Virus record (IMG/VR): IMGVR_UViG_3300028887_000077
Coordinates: 86,028-150,027 of that record
Length of the DNA stretch: 64,000 nucleotides
Direction: 5' to 3' (one strand)
From: a virus
Taxonomy: Duplodnaviria; Caudoviricetes
The position numbers were made by a program, and so were the translations under genes. Numbering within the stretch: the first letter of the stretch is position 1; each line of letters opens with the position of its first letter. Below the pieces are notes generated by a model. It searched no databases. It was not told where the DNA came from and saw only the letters and a program-made list of their open reading frames with translations. This document shows, in pieces, positions 1 through 8,708 of this stretch.

Positions 1-18
1 GCGAAAGACAAGGATGAC

Positions 19-402
19 ATGTGTATCTTTGGAAACTATGGCGAAGACGACAAATATAACCTATTTACATTGCCAGTGGGGCATGTGGTTTACGTCATCG
101 ACAAAGAGGACGGCAACTGGACCTGGTTCGAAGAGCACATCATTATGACCGAAGTCCAAATGGACGCGGTTTACAGCAAGATGACCATTTATACCCAAGA
201 GGGCAATAAGTATACGTGGGAGGTCGACGCGTTCATGACCGTACAGGGCGCAATGGCAGCGGTAGAGGAGCGCGAGGCCTTCGACATGCAGCAGCGTGAT
301 ATCAAACACATGAACAAGCTAATCGACGAAAAGGACCGTGAAATCAATTTGCTCAATTTTCAGATTGACCTCAATAAACCAAAGAGATATCCAGATGATT
401 AA
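19..402 (+). CDS. hypothetical phage protein
   Basis: 127-aa ORF, AAGGA upstream, coiled-coil-like C-terminus; near window edge. Confidence 0.7.
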   Translation: MCIFGNYGEDDKYNLFTLPVGHVVYVIDKEDGNWTWFEEHIIMTEVQMDAVYSKMTIYTQEGNKYTWEVDAFMTVQGAMAAVEEREAFDMQQRDIKHMNKLIDEKDREINLLNFQIDLNKPKRYPDD

Positions 403-412
403 GGATGAACAC

Positions 413-661
413 ATGAACAAATCAAAACGCATTTCATTTCCAGTCGAACCCGGCGACACGATCTGGACCCTGGAGAATCCCCCCGGAAAGCGCACCGTCG
501 TTCCCAAGATGGTCAAAGTGACCTTCGTAATGGCAACGGCCGAAGGGAAATACCTTGGTGTTGACACAGGTGCCATTCTACGCTCTGACGACCTCTGGTT
601 CTATACGGAGGAAGAAGCGAAGATCAGCAGCAAACAGATCAACTGTATGATCGAACCCTGA
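413..661 (+). CDS. hypothetical phage protein
   Basis: AAGGA SD 7 nt before ATG413; 'FPVEPGDTIW' is a common small phage protein start motif. Confidence 0.7.
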   Translation: MNKSKRISFPVEPGDTIWTLENPPGKRTVVPKMVKVTFVMATAEGKYLGVDTGAILRSDDLWFYTEEEAKISSKQINCMIEP

Positions 662-668
662 TTCCCAC

Positions 669-697
669 CCCGGTACTAACTGTGCCGGGGATTTTTA
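669..697 (+). terminator. intrinsic terminator
   Basis: CCCGGTAC-taact-GTGCCGGG hairpin followed by a T-run. Confidence 0.7.
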
Positions 698-757
698 ATG
701 CCCTATCCGTGTAGGGAAAAAATATCCCCCGAAAAATAAAAAAAATCCCCAAAACTC

Positions 758-786
758 TTGACAAATCAAGAATAATGCGGTATAAT
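758..786 (+). promoter_or_regulatory. sigma70/sigmaA-type promoter
   Basis: Exact TTGACA(758-763)-17 nt-TATAAT(781-786), A-rich UP region. Confidence 0.9.
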
Positions 787-822
787 TGTTATACTAAAAG
801 AAAAGAAAAGAAAAGAAGGGAG

Positions 823-1173
823 ATGGCTCAAAAAATGACCAGAAAAGAGATCCTTGCACTCCCAGTGCGTAAAATGACCGTGGAAGAGTCGAACCGTCCT
901 ATCACCGGCGTCTGCGGTTTGTGGCTGGTGCCCACACGCAAAAAGCACGCAAGTGGCTGGATGTGCATGCGGGTTATTGTGACCTTTAAGGACGGACGCG
1001 ATCCGGTGACCGTGAGCGACATTGTCGATGACATCCAGTTTACTGGTGCGCACTTCCGCCTGGACTGCGATTACCCGTCTGGTATCGTACATATCTGGAA
1101 TGGCGGACGTGCCAATACGTTTAGGGTGCGCGAGGGCTGGTGTTCCAGCATCGATCTCGAGGAGGAAAAGTGA
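823..1173 (+). CDS. hypothetical protein
   Basis: ORF directly downstream of the promoter, purine-rich leader. Confidence 0.75.
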   Translation: MAQKMTRKEILALPVRKMTVEESNRPITGVCGLWLVPTRKKHASGWMCMRVIVTFKDGRDPVTVSDIVDDIQFTGAHFRLDCDYPSGIVHIWNGGRANTFRVREGWCSSIDLEEEK

Positions 1174-1376
1174 TGGAAAAGAATCAGGTTCGAATTTACA
1201 TTGATAAAACCCTCAGCAGGTGCGACGACTGTCCGTTTGTCGATTGGGACGGAGACTTTGGTCTGTACGTCTGCCGTCGTGAAGACGCTTGGGACCCGGA
1301 TGGGCCTGTTAAGATCGATCAGGCGAACTTCGTCATTCCACACAATTGTCCGTTCAGGAAGGAGAATAAACAATGA
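1173..1376 (+). CDS. small Cys-rich hypothetical protein
   Basis: GGAGG SD, TGATG overlap, CxxCPF...C...CPF motif. Confidence 0.75.
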   Translation: MEKNQVRIYIDKTLSRCDDCPFVDWDGDFGLYVCRREDAWDPDGPVKIDQANFVIPHNCPFRKENKQ

Positions 1377-1723
1377 TTCCGAGAGAGGTAAATGTTCCCG
1401 AGTCCCGGATATTCAGACTCGTCGACGATGCCATCCAAAAGGCGCTTGACGGTTGGTTTGTTTTTATCGGCTTTGCGGCCAACGATGTTAGCGACGAGGC
1501 TCTCGACTCATTTACACAAAAGTTTTGTGACATCGTCGTTTCTCACACAGACCACGATACCGCCCTCAAGCTGGAGGTTGCCGTAGAGCCGCCCGTTTTT
1601 TCCATTGGCAGGCGTTTATTCCTTACCCGGAGAGAGACCTGCGATCTGTCTTATCGCGCTGGCGAGTCACCTTATCGCATTGTTGGTGTGGGCAAGGACG
1701 GACTGGAATATGAGCGAGTATAA
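1373..1723 (+). CDS. hypothetical protein
   Basis: AAGGAG SD, ATGA overlap with previous gene. Confidence 0.75.
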   Translation: MIPREVNVPESRIFRLVDDAIQKALDGWFVFIGFAANDVSDEALDSFTQKFCDIVVSHTDHDTALKLEVAVEPPVFSIGRRLFLTRRETCDLSYRAGESPYRIVGVGKDGLEYERV

Positions 1724-2009
1724 GCCTATCGGCTATGCGCTGGCGCTTTACGCCCCCAACACGCCTACGAAGTATTTGCGGCTGCTCAGCGCCGGGAGGT
1801 TTGAGTGGGTAGAGCATATCATGACAAACGTGACCGTTCCGCCCGTCACACTCTTCAGATCCTACATATCCGCCCTCTCATACGCCGACAAGCACTTCCC
1901 CATCCTTTCGTCGTATATGGACGTGGAGCCGGTTTATGAGTTTATCGGCCGCGGCTGCTTGAAATCCTATATCCCCGACTATCACTTCTACGAGGAGGCC
2001 AATCAATGA
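1710..2009 (+). CDS. hypothetical protein
   Basis: Coupled ORF in operon. Confidence 0.65.
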   Translation: MSEYKPIGYALALYAPNTPTKYLRLLSAGRFEWVEHIMTNVTVPPVTLFRSYISALSYADKHFPILSSYMDVEPVYEFIGRGCLKSYIPDYHFYEEANQ

Positions 2010-2314
2010 AAAGCAACTCCAACCATAACCATATCCCCTGTGCCATGTGGGGCATTATCTACTACGACCAGGTCACCGGTCCCTTCAATATACTCATGTA
2101 TCCATTCCCCGAAGACACCGACTATATGAAGTGGCACCGGCTTGCATCTGTCCCGTTCTTTATCGATGTCTACAACGTCCCCGGCGCACCTATGCTGTTC
2201 TCCTCCAAGGATAAGGCCGCAGCCTATATTGCCAACGAGGGCTTGGACAAATTCCAGAACACCCCTCGCCCCGTTACGGTCTACGTTTATAAGGAGGTAA
2301 AGGTAAATCAATGA
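2006..2314 (+). CDS. hypothetical protein
   Basis: GGAGG SD, ATGA overlap. Confidence 0.75.
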   Translation: MKSNSNHNHIPCAMWGIIYYDQVTGPFNILMYPFPEDTDYMKWHRLASVPFFIDVYNVPGAPMLFSSKDKAAAYIANEGLDKFQNTPRPVTVYVYKEVKVNQ

Positions 2315-2559
2315 TCTATCCGTTCCACGTTTATCGCGCCTATACCGGGGACGATTTCTTCTGGGTCGCAGCGTCCGACGTTGTTCTCGGTTGTGTCGGC
2401 CAGGGCCGCACGGCTCGCGCAGCGATCAGGGAATTGCGTGGGAATGAGAGGGCGTGGATCAAATTCGCCAAGTCCTACAAGGACGAGATCCGCATCCCCA
2501 CAGTTCCGATCGTCAGTTTGGACGACGATAGTGTCCTTCAGGCGAACCCAAAAATTTAA
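2311..2559 (+). CDS. HicB-like antitoxin domain protein (orphan)
   Basis: MIYPF...FWVA...GCVGQGRTARAAIREL...W...IP matches the HicB N-terminal pattern (GCxxQGxTxxEA); no HTH/RHH and no adjacent hicA. Confidence 0.75.
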   Translation: MIYPFHVYRAYTGDDFFWVAASDVVLGCVGQGRTARAAIRELRGNERAWIKFAKSYKDEIRIPTVPIVSLDDDSVLQANPKI

Positions 2560-2566
2560 TAAGTAA

Positions 2567-2592
2567 GAGGGAGGGCTTCGGCCCTCTTTTTT
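2567..2592 (+). terminator. intrinsic terminator
   Basis: GAGGGC-TTCG-GCCCTC + T6. Confidence 0.9.
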
Positions 2593-3045
2593 ATGCCCTC
2601 TCCCACACACACTCGCCAGGCGCCGTCTGTTAAATGCATAATACGCATAAACATGCAAATATATTGTATGGCATCGCAGGGTATAACGCCGCACCGTTAT
2701 AAAACGCCCCTCCCTACTAAAAAAAATAGCCCCCGCTTAAAAAAATATGGCCCATTCGGATAAATATGAAATATTCGTGAACAGATTTTTGGGTCTATTT
2801 TAAGTAGAGGACGGTGGTCCACGGTCATCCACGGTCATCCAGCGGAGTTTTACCCGGGTTTTGGGGAAATGAAAAATTCCACCGGAATTTTTAGGGTGGG
2901 TGTGTGTGGGGATGGTGGGTGGGTGTGAGTAAAAAAATGGGTGGGTTAATATAAAAAATAGTTGCCCGGTGAATTAATGGGTGGGCTGTGCGAAATAATG
3001 GGTTGGGTGTGTGTGGTGTGGATGATTAGTCATCCATCACACAAT
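2593..3045. other. non-coding convergence region with C-rich/G-rich strand asymmetry (candidate genome terminus or packaging region)
   Basis: No credible ORF; left half C-runs plus A-tracts, right half GGGT/GTGT-rich; lies between convergent transcription units. Confidence 0.5.
2811..2840. repeat. 3x tandem 10-mer
   Basis: ACGGTGGTCC ACGGTCATCC ACGGTCATCC. Confidence 0.9.
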
Positions 3046-3049
3046 TACC

Positions 3050-3127
3050 TCATTTCCTTATTCTTCCGCAGGAAATAATAAAGAAGATAAAGGCAATTAT
3101 GACTGCAGCAACCATTAGAATTGCCAT
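3050..3127 (-). CDS. 25-aa single-TM peptide
   Basis: AAGGAGG SD; MAILMVAAVIIAFIFFIISCGRIRK; below the ORF-track cutoff. Confidence 0.65.
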   Translation of the reverse strand: MAILMVAAVIIAFIFFIISCGRIRK

Positions 3128-3145
3128 TTTATCGCCTCCTTTTTT

Positions 3146-3406
3146 TTATTTTGACCCCATATATAGATATATTGCAATTAAAACTGCTCCACATATAGGG
3201 CAAAACAAAACTCCGCACAGCAAATAAAACCAGAAGTCTTCTTTGCCGGCGCCCATAATTGCCCACATTCCACCCGAACATGCGGTTGCAACCAGAGCGC
3301 TAACAATGCTTCTTTTGAGTTTGCTGCGTTTGTCCATAAGCGCATAAGCGCAAAGGAATGGAATTGCCCAAAGAAGCGATATGGCAATCAGTGGTGTTAC
3401 AATCAT
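3146..3406 (-). CDS. small membrane protein
   Basis: GGAGGTG SD; about 3 hydrophobic helices. Confidence 0.75.
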   Translation of the reverse strand: MIVTPLIAISLLWAIPFLCAYALMDKRSKLKRSIVSALVATACSGGMWAIMGAGKEDFWFYLLCGVLFCPICGAVLIAIYLYMGSK

Positions 3407-4102
3407 TCACATCACCTCCTTTCCATATCTTTCGACGATCGCCTTCATCGCGTCGGGGACGTACTGGTATTCGTCCGCAGCATAAACTCCAACGAGTCGT
3501 TTGACATACTTTTCTGCCTCCTTCGGAACGCGACCGTGCTCAAATCTCTCGGTGGGTGTTCCGAGAATATACCCGAGACGCAAAGGAGCTCCGCAAACGC
3601 CGCACGTAAAGAGATGCGGATGCTCGACAGACCTGCATACGCGGAATTGTTTGTAGGTCTTTGAGCACCTCGTGCAACAAAGTGTATACGGCTGCTCGTT
3701 CGGCTTTGTCGTCAGGACTCCGCAACGCGTTACGGTAATCCCCCAGCGTTTGCCAATCTTGTCGCCAGCACGTTTCCACTTGGCGCCGTGGTGATCTCTC
3801 GGTTCGACTGCATGAGCAACCTCGTGAATGAGCGTATCGCGTATTTCCTTTGATGATCGCGAATACATGCACCTGTTGATGCAGATTGCGCTGAGAACCT
3901 TTCCACACACCACATCGTGACGACACTGGCCGAGAATGCGATGCGCGTGATTCTCGTAAAGAGTCAGGTCGAGGTTCGCCGTGGAGTTGGGATAGATATC
4001 CTCACACACACGAAGCACCTCATCCCACATCTTCAGGGTTTTTGCATCCTTGCACTTCTTCCATGTGCGCGCGATAAGGTTGTGCTTTTTTTGTTTTGCC
4101 AT
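3407..4102 (-). CDS. SprT-like zinc metalloprotease domain protein
   Basis: DTLIHEVAH(A) HExxH, then HHGAKWK and CxxC...CxxCG Zn ribbon. Confidence 0.85.
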   Translation of the reverse strand: MAKQKKHNLIARTWKKCKDAKTLKMWDEVLRVCEDIYPNSTANLDLTLYENHAHRILGQCRHDVVCGKVLSAICINRCMYSRSSKEIRDTLIHEVAHAVEPRDHHGAKWKRAGDKIGKRWGITVTRCGVLTTKPNEQPYTLCCTRCSKTYKQFRVCRSVEHPHLFTCGVCGAPLRLGYILGTPTERFEHGRVPKEAEKYVKRLVGVYAADEYQYVPDAMKAIVERYGKEVM

Positions 4103-4581
4103 CAACTTTCACCCCGATCTTCATCGGTGATATCGCCGATCCTCGTGATGTTCTCGATCTTGATGTCGAACGTGTCGACGGCGGTTTTGTTCCAGTAGCT
4201 CGGAGGTGTGACCGCCTTCACGCTTTCAACATCGACAATGTTTCCGTCGATCTTGTAGACAGTCTTTTGGTTCGGGATCTTCGACGTCTGTACATTCAGA
4301 TACTTGACTCCACTGGAAAGAGCTTCTTTGATGTAGTGCTCGTATCCAGGGACCCATTTCCACCACGCCTTGTACTCCTTGGGAGGATTCTCTTCGCGTC
4401 TCTTGATAACGTCGGCGATGTGCGAGTACTGGCAGCCAAGACGAACGGTCATCTGCACCTCTTTGGTGATATTGAGGTCTTTGTAGGCTGCAGCGGGCTT
4501 GACTTCCGTGGTGTAGTCAATCCGGACAAACCTCCCTGATGCGGTGGACTTGATTGCCTTTTGAACATACGTGTACTTCAT
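4102..4581 (-). CDS. hypothetical protein
   Basis: AAAGGAG SD, 159 aa, strong codon bias. Confidence 0.8.
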   Translation of the reverse strand: MKYTYVQKAIKSTASGRFVRIDYTTEVKPAAAYKDLNITKEVQMTVRLGCQYSHIADVIKRREENPPKEYKAWWKWVPGYEHYIKEALSSGVKYLNVQTSKIPNQKTVYKIDGNIVDVESVKAVTPPSYWNKTAVDTFDIKIENITRIGDITDEDRGES

Positions 4582-4611
4582 GACTTTATCTCCTTTCTTG
4601 TTTTGTTTGTT

Positions 4612-5202
4612 TTACCAGCCGCCTTGACATTCGTTTGCGAAGCGAACGGTCTTGGTGTATTCCTTCTTGGTCATATATGGCTTCTCGCCTTTGCGCTTAG
4701 CTTCTTTGACGAGCTTCTTTATGCGCAGAATGATGTCTTTGTCGAGCTCGTCGGGCGATTGCTGCCTTCTTCTTTGCGAGTGATAGAAATTTTCCCAGTA
4801 GACACCGCCAACACCACGGATGCGTCGTGAAATGATCGCATATTTGAACGCATAGTAAATGCGCTTGCGAACTGCGACAAACGCTCGTTTGATTCTGCTG
4901 ATTGTGTCGAGTTTTGCGCACTTTTTGCATTCTTGATATGAAATAGAGTCCCATCCGTCGATGGTGTAGAAGTAATGCGTGCTAACGTAAAGCGTCTTAA
5001 ACTCTTTGTGGCAGCTTTCGCAATTGCACTTGTACCCCATTTTGGTCTTGACCAGTTGTTCGTCGGCCGGGATATCGAGAGCATAAAAATCAAGCTCACC
5101 ATAGTCGTTTTCGGGACCTTGCAGAATGGGAAGCTGTGCGATTTCCGCAGTGGTCATATCGGAGTAGTCGGTGCGCATTTTGCGCTTTTTGGTTTTTGCC
5201 AT
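4612..5202 (-). CDS. hypothetical protein with CxxC pairs
   Basis: GGAGGTG SD; CESC...CKKC. Confidence 0.75.
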   Translation of the reverse strand: MAKTKKRKMRTDYSDMTTAEIAQLPILQGPENDYGELDFYALDIPADEQLVKTKMGYKCNCESCHKEFKTLYVSTHYFYTIDGWDSISYQECKKCAKLDTISRIKRAFVAVRKRIYYAFKYAIISRRIRGVGGVYWENFYHSQRRRQQSPDELDKDIILRIKKLVKEAKRKGEKPYMTKKEYTKTVRFANECQGGW

Positions 5203-5203
5203 A

Positions 5204-5491
5204 TTATTCACCTCCTTTCTCTTTTGCTTCCTTTTTAACTTCGGCAATCAACCCGATACGACCACTGTAAATGCAGTCGATGGCACGTTCGCAATCGTTC
5301 TCATTCATTTGCCAAATTCGACGAAGACCAACGTAGTGTTTGTACTCATTGGTTTCGGGGGATTCGCATAACTCAACGATCTTCTTTTCGGCCTTGTTTC
5401 GCTCGTCTTTGCAGTGTATCGAATGTGCAATGAGAATATGAAGAATATTGGTAAGATCGTCGGTTTCGTGTCTCTCTTTCTCTTCGCACAT
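5204..5491 (-). CDS. hypothetical protein
   Basis: GGAGGTG SD, coupled. Confidence 0.75.
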   Translation of the reverse strand: MCEEKERHETDDLTNILHILIAHSIHCKDERNKAEKKIVELCESPETNEYKHYVGLRRIWQMNENDCERAIDCIYSGRIGLIAEVKKEAKEKGGE

Positions 5492-5492
5492 A

Positions 5493-5828
5493 TTACTTCA
5501 CCTCCTTTCCATTGACAGACAACACCTCGAAGACGAAGTTGTAAACACACCATCCAAACTCGTCGGACAGCATGTCGCACACGCGTTCGTTGGCTTCGTC
5601 CCATCCTTCCCAGGTGTCTTCGACGTTAATAGTGTATTCGCGTTCTCTGGGAAGGTCTTGCACGATTTTCGCCGCCTTGTCGTCTCCGAGCTCTTCGTCA
5701 CTGGTGTCCCACCAGATTTTGCTTACTCTGACGACGGCTTCGACAGTTTTTCCGGTGTAGTTCGCATGCGTGATTTCGTTAAACTCGTCGCACCATTCGG
5801 GGTTGTAAATGCTCTTTTTGTTGCTCAT
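5493..5828 (-). CDS. acidic hypothetical protein
   Basis: AAAGGAGG SD; D/E-rich. Confidence 0.75.
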   Translation of the reverse strand: MSNKKSIYNPEWCDEFNEITHANYTGKTVEAVVRVSKIWWDTSDEELGDDKAAKIVQDLPREREYTINVEDTWEGWDEANERVCDMLSDEFGWCVYNFVFEVLSVNGKEVK

Positions 5829-5842
5829 GATCTCGCCTCCTT

Positions 5843-6019
5843 TCATTCATAGTTCCATTCGGTGTTGCATCTGAGGTCGCCGTTGAGCATATTGTCAAGA
5901 AAATCGTCGATATACTCTTCTTTGTCTCTGTCTGGCGGAACGGGTATCATCATGTATGCGGACGGTTTCGTGTTGTTCCCAAAATACAAACCGATTTTGA
6001 CAAACTTGAAACTATCCAT
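5843..6019 (-). CDS. 58-aa hypothetical protein
   Basis: AAAGGAGG SD; MDSFKFVKIGLYFG...WNYE; fills the gap exactly. Confidence 0.7.
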   Translation of the reverse strand: MDSFKFVKIGLYFGNNTKPSAYMMIPVPPDRDKEEYIDDFLDNMLNGDLRCNTEWNYE

Positions 6020-6020
6020 A

Positions 6021-6767
6021 TCAATTGCCTCCTTTCTTGATTCTCTTTCCGGAATGATCGTACACCGCGACGACGTGCCCGTTGTTTTTGCGCCAGCAGA
6101 TTCCGCACTTGTCGCACGTCACTCCGGTCTCGCTTCCGTCTTTGGCAATGGCGGGACAGTGCGTGACCTTTTCGAGCTCGGGGTTCGTGTGGTCGTCGTA
6201 AACAAACCGATTAAGCCCATGCAGATCGTATCCGGCCGTGTTCCCGTTCCATTCGGAAATATTCACGACGAGATTTTCGGGAAACTTCCCGTTCTCTTTG
6301 AGATATTTCTCGATGAACGAGAACCTTTTCGTGTAGAAGTAGAAGTGGACGTTCGGAAGGTTTTTTGCGAGACCGACCATATGCTCGAGGTACGAGTAAG
6401 ACTCGATCTCTCCCGAACTGTGGTATCGCAGAAGTTTGACGTCATGTTTCGTCAATTCTTCTTTGATCTGCCGGAAAGCGCCGTCGAGATCGTTGCGAAC
6501 GATCAGCGTGTTATTTCCCCACGCGGGAATGTTGACGTTGTGGTGACACTGTGCAGACCGGATGGCATAGCAGTAGCGCTCGCATCCATCGCAACAGCCG
6601 GTGCAGGTGCCAACGACGTTCGTGAGGTCCCCCTTGTCCTTCGTGGAGATAGGTTTGTCTCCTGGGAGCAGGTTAAAGTTGTAGATCTTTCCGATCTTCC
6701 TGTTCCCCTTCGAGAGCTTGATGCGCATCCCATTGGTGTAATGAAGGTCATACGGTGTTTTTGACAT
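6021..6767 (-). CDS. GP88-like (radical-SAM-like, Cys-rich) phage protein
   Basis: KLSKGNRKIG, CTGCCDGCERYCYA, RYHSSGE, YFYTK, CP...CDKCGICW...H motifs of the gene product 88 family. Confidence 0.8.
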   Translation of the reverse strand: MSKTPYDLHYTNGMRIKLSKGNRKIGKIYNFNLLPGDKPISTKDKGDLTNVVGTCTGCCDGCERYCYAIRSAQCHHNVNIPAWGNNTLIVRNDLDGAFRQIKEELTKHDVKLLRYHSSGEIESYSYLEHMVGLAKNLPNVHFYFYTKRFSFIEKYLKENGKFPENLVVNISEWNGNTAGYDLHGLNRFVYDDHTNPELEKVTHCPAIAKDGSETGVTCDKCGICWRKNNGHVVAVYDHSGKRIKKGGN

Positions 6768-6784
6768 TGATGACTTCTCCTTTC

Positions 6785-6982
6785 TTATTTCAAAATGCCG
6801 TAGACATCATCAACGTACCAGCCCGCGAACGGGTTGTATATCGCAGAGCATTTAACCCCGCGATACATCGCCACATACGCGTTCTTGCCGACGTCGGGCT
6901 TTTCGAGGATGGTGGCCTCGGCGAGACCACCATTCAGCGAATGGATATGTGCTGTTACCGTCTGATTGATTACTTGTTTCAT
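6785..6982 (-). CDS. hypothetical protein
   Basis: SD plus ATGA coupling; CSAIYNPF...YVDDVYG. Confidence 0.75.
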   Translation of the reverse strand: MKQVINQTVTAHIHSLNGGLAEATILEKPDVGKNAYVAMYRGVKCSAIYNPFAGWYVDDVYGILK

Positions 6983-7284
6983 TTGTTTACCTCCTTTCTG
7001 ATAATGCAGATGTCGTAGTTCGCATCCCAGTTGTCCTGATGGTCGCGGAACATCTTCGTTGTGGATATGCCATGTTGTTCAAGATTTTGAAAAACGTCGT
7101 CGGGCGTCCTCCAGATGTCGCCCTCATCCATGACAAATCTGTTCTTTTTGCCCTTTTCGATTCTGGAATCCGCCCACTTGATGGCCCTTTCTGCGTCATC
7201 AAATACGCACAAATCGGTAATGGCGTCGATCTCGTCGCAAAGACGTGGGCAGTTGCTTTCGAAACATACATACACGACTTCCAT
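6979..7284 (-). CDS. hypothetical protein (paralog of 7299-7640)
   Basis: AAAGGAGG SD; shares VYVC.../A..W/QDN.D motifs with its neighbour. Confidence 0.75.
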   Translation of the reverse strand: MEVVYVCFESNCPRLCDEIDAITDLCVFDDAERAIKWADSRIEKGKKNRFVMDEGDIWRTPDDVFQNLEQHGISTTKMFRDHQDNWDANYDICIIRKEVNK

Positions 7285-7298
7285 TGTGTCTCCTCCTT

Positions 7299-7640
7299 TC
7301 ATTCAACGTTCTTGATTTCGATGACAATATCAGAATACGAATCGTAGTTATCCTGATATTCGTCATAGACGCGAATGTAAACTCCATGATTTGTATAGAG
7401 CATCATCCTAGCTATCTCGTAATAGACAGAGCCGCCCGCCTTGACACACAGGTTGTTTTCGTCAAAAACAACGGTGTAATCATTTTCTTTTGCGATTTCG
7501 AATTCGGTCTCTACCTCTTTGGTTAGCCACGCCATCGCTTTGTCTTCGTTGTCGAGCACGACCATGTCGCCAACATAGTCGCCGTTGATGTCTGCACGCT
7601 TGCCTTGCCACTGGCGATAGCACACATAGACTTCCTTCAT
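7299..7640 (-). CDS. hypothetical protein (paralog of 6979-7284)
   Basis: GGAGGTG SD; shared motifs. Confidence 0.75.
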   Translation of the reverse strand: MKEVYVCYRQWQGKRADINGDYVGDMVVLDNEDKAMAWLTKEVETEFEIAKENDYTVVFDENNLCVKAGGSVYYEIARMMLYTNHGVYIRVYDEYQDNYDSYSDIVIEIKNVE

Positions 7641-7642
7641 GT

Positions 7643-7879
7643 TTACTCACCTCCTTTCTCTTCGTCGTCATCTGCGTCGGGGTAGTAGCCATATTCGTCG
7701 CTCTCGGATTCCTCCTCGATTTCTACGCGCTCCAAGCACTGCGAGGCCTGTTCTGCGCGTTCATAATCTGGGTTCTCTCCATTGAGGTCAATCACTTCAA
7801 CGCTTACATACTCCGGAAAGTCGGAGTAAACCGTGATTAGACCTCCTTCGAGGGTGATAACTACTTTCGGCTTTGTCAT
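7643..7879 (-). CDS. small highly acidic protein
   Basis: KVVITLEGGL start; D/E-rich tail. Confidence 0.75.
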   Translation of the reverse strand: MTKPKVVITLEGGLITVYSDFPEYVSVEVIDLNGENPDYERAEQASQCLERVEIEEESESDEYGYYPDADDDEEKGGE

Positions 7880-7898
7880 ATCCTTCTCCTTTCTTTCT

Positions 7899-8387
7899 TC
7901 AGTTTTGAATGCAATCTGGAGTTAAGAGTTTGCAAGCGCCATAAGCAATCGGCGGAATTACTACGGCGTTCAACTCTTGCGCGCGGCGTTCGTTTTTGAT
8001 GAGATTCTTGAATTGATTTTCGGTGATATGAGACCCACCACGAACGAAAGTCTCTGCAGTCTTTTCCAGTGTATAAAACGTTTCCATCAACTCAAGCAAC
8101 TGCCAGATTTCTTTATCGGTCAAGGGCGTTTCCTCGAAAAACTCGGTAAACATCGAATGGCAGTCTTTGGGTCCATTCAAGAATAGATAGTCAAAATGCT
8201 GATGAGAAGTAATATCGCGTGAAATCGAAGGGTTAGCGTCACAGGTATAAGTTTCGACATAACCGAACCCCCAATACCAGTCACAGTCCCACGACGGCTC
8301 TTCCAACCAGTAATGACAACCATCCTTGCCGCGGCCAAGCAAATATACCTTTTTTTTGCCAAATGCATGCGTTACTATTTTTTGCAT
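7899..8387 (-). CDS. hypothetical phage protein
   Basis: YWLEEPSWDCDWYWGFGY...HQHFD motif; GGAGGTG SD. Confidence 0.8.
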   Translation of the reverse strand: MQKIVTHAFGKKKVYLLGRGKDGCHYWLEEPSWDCDWYWGFGYVETYTCDANPSISRDITSHQHFDYLFLNGPKDCHSMFTEFFEETPLTDKEIWQLLELMETFYTLEKTAETFVRGGSHITENQFKNLIKNERRAQELNAVVIPPIAYGACKLLTPDCIQN

Positions 8388-8419
8388 GTTATTCACCTCC
8401 TTTGATTTTTCTCCTTTCT

Positions 8420-8698
8420 TTAATCTTCAAAGTTGTAGTCGTCTCTTTTGCCCAGTAGATAAGCAAGAGAGTGAGGACGACGTTCCATATTAGGGCTATA
8501 TTTTTGGTATATCACCCTATTTCCGCCCCCGTCGATGTTCCGCACAAGGAACCATACAGACAGACAAACGAGTCCATCGCTATCAATGTGAATTGCGTAA
8601 AACCACACTTTGTATCCGTCTAGATCGTATCTCGGAAATACGACATGACACCTGCGATTGAATTCTTCCTCCGGTAAGGAGGTCTTATTGTGTTCCAT
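8420..8698 (-). CDS. hypothetical protein
   Basis: GGAGG SD. Confidence 0.65.
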   Translation of the reverse strand: MEHNKTSLPEEEFNRRCHVVFPRYDLDGYKVWFYAIHIDSDGLVCLSVWFLVRNIDGGGNRVIYQKYSPNMERRPHSLAYLLGKRDDYNFED

Positions 8699-8708
8699 TT
8701 TTTATTAT

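Noticed and set aside
2811-2840. CRISPR-like mini array
   Set aside because: The 10-bp units abut with no spacers, and no repeat-spacer arrays or cas genes were seen in the window.
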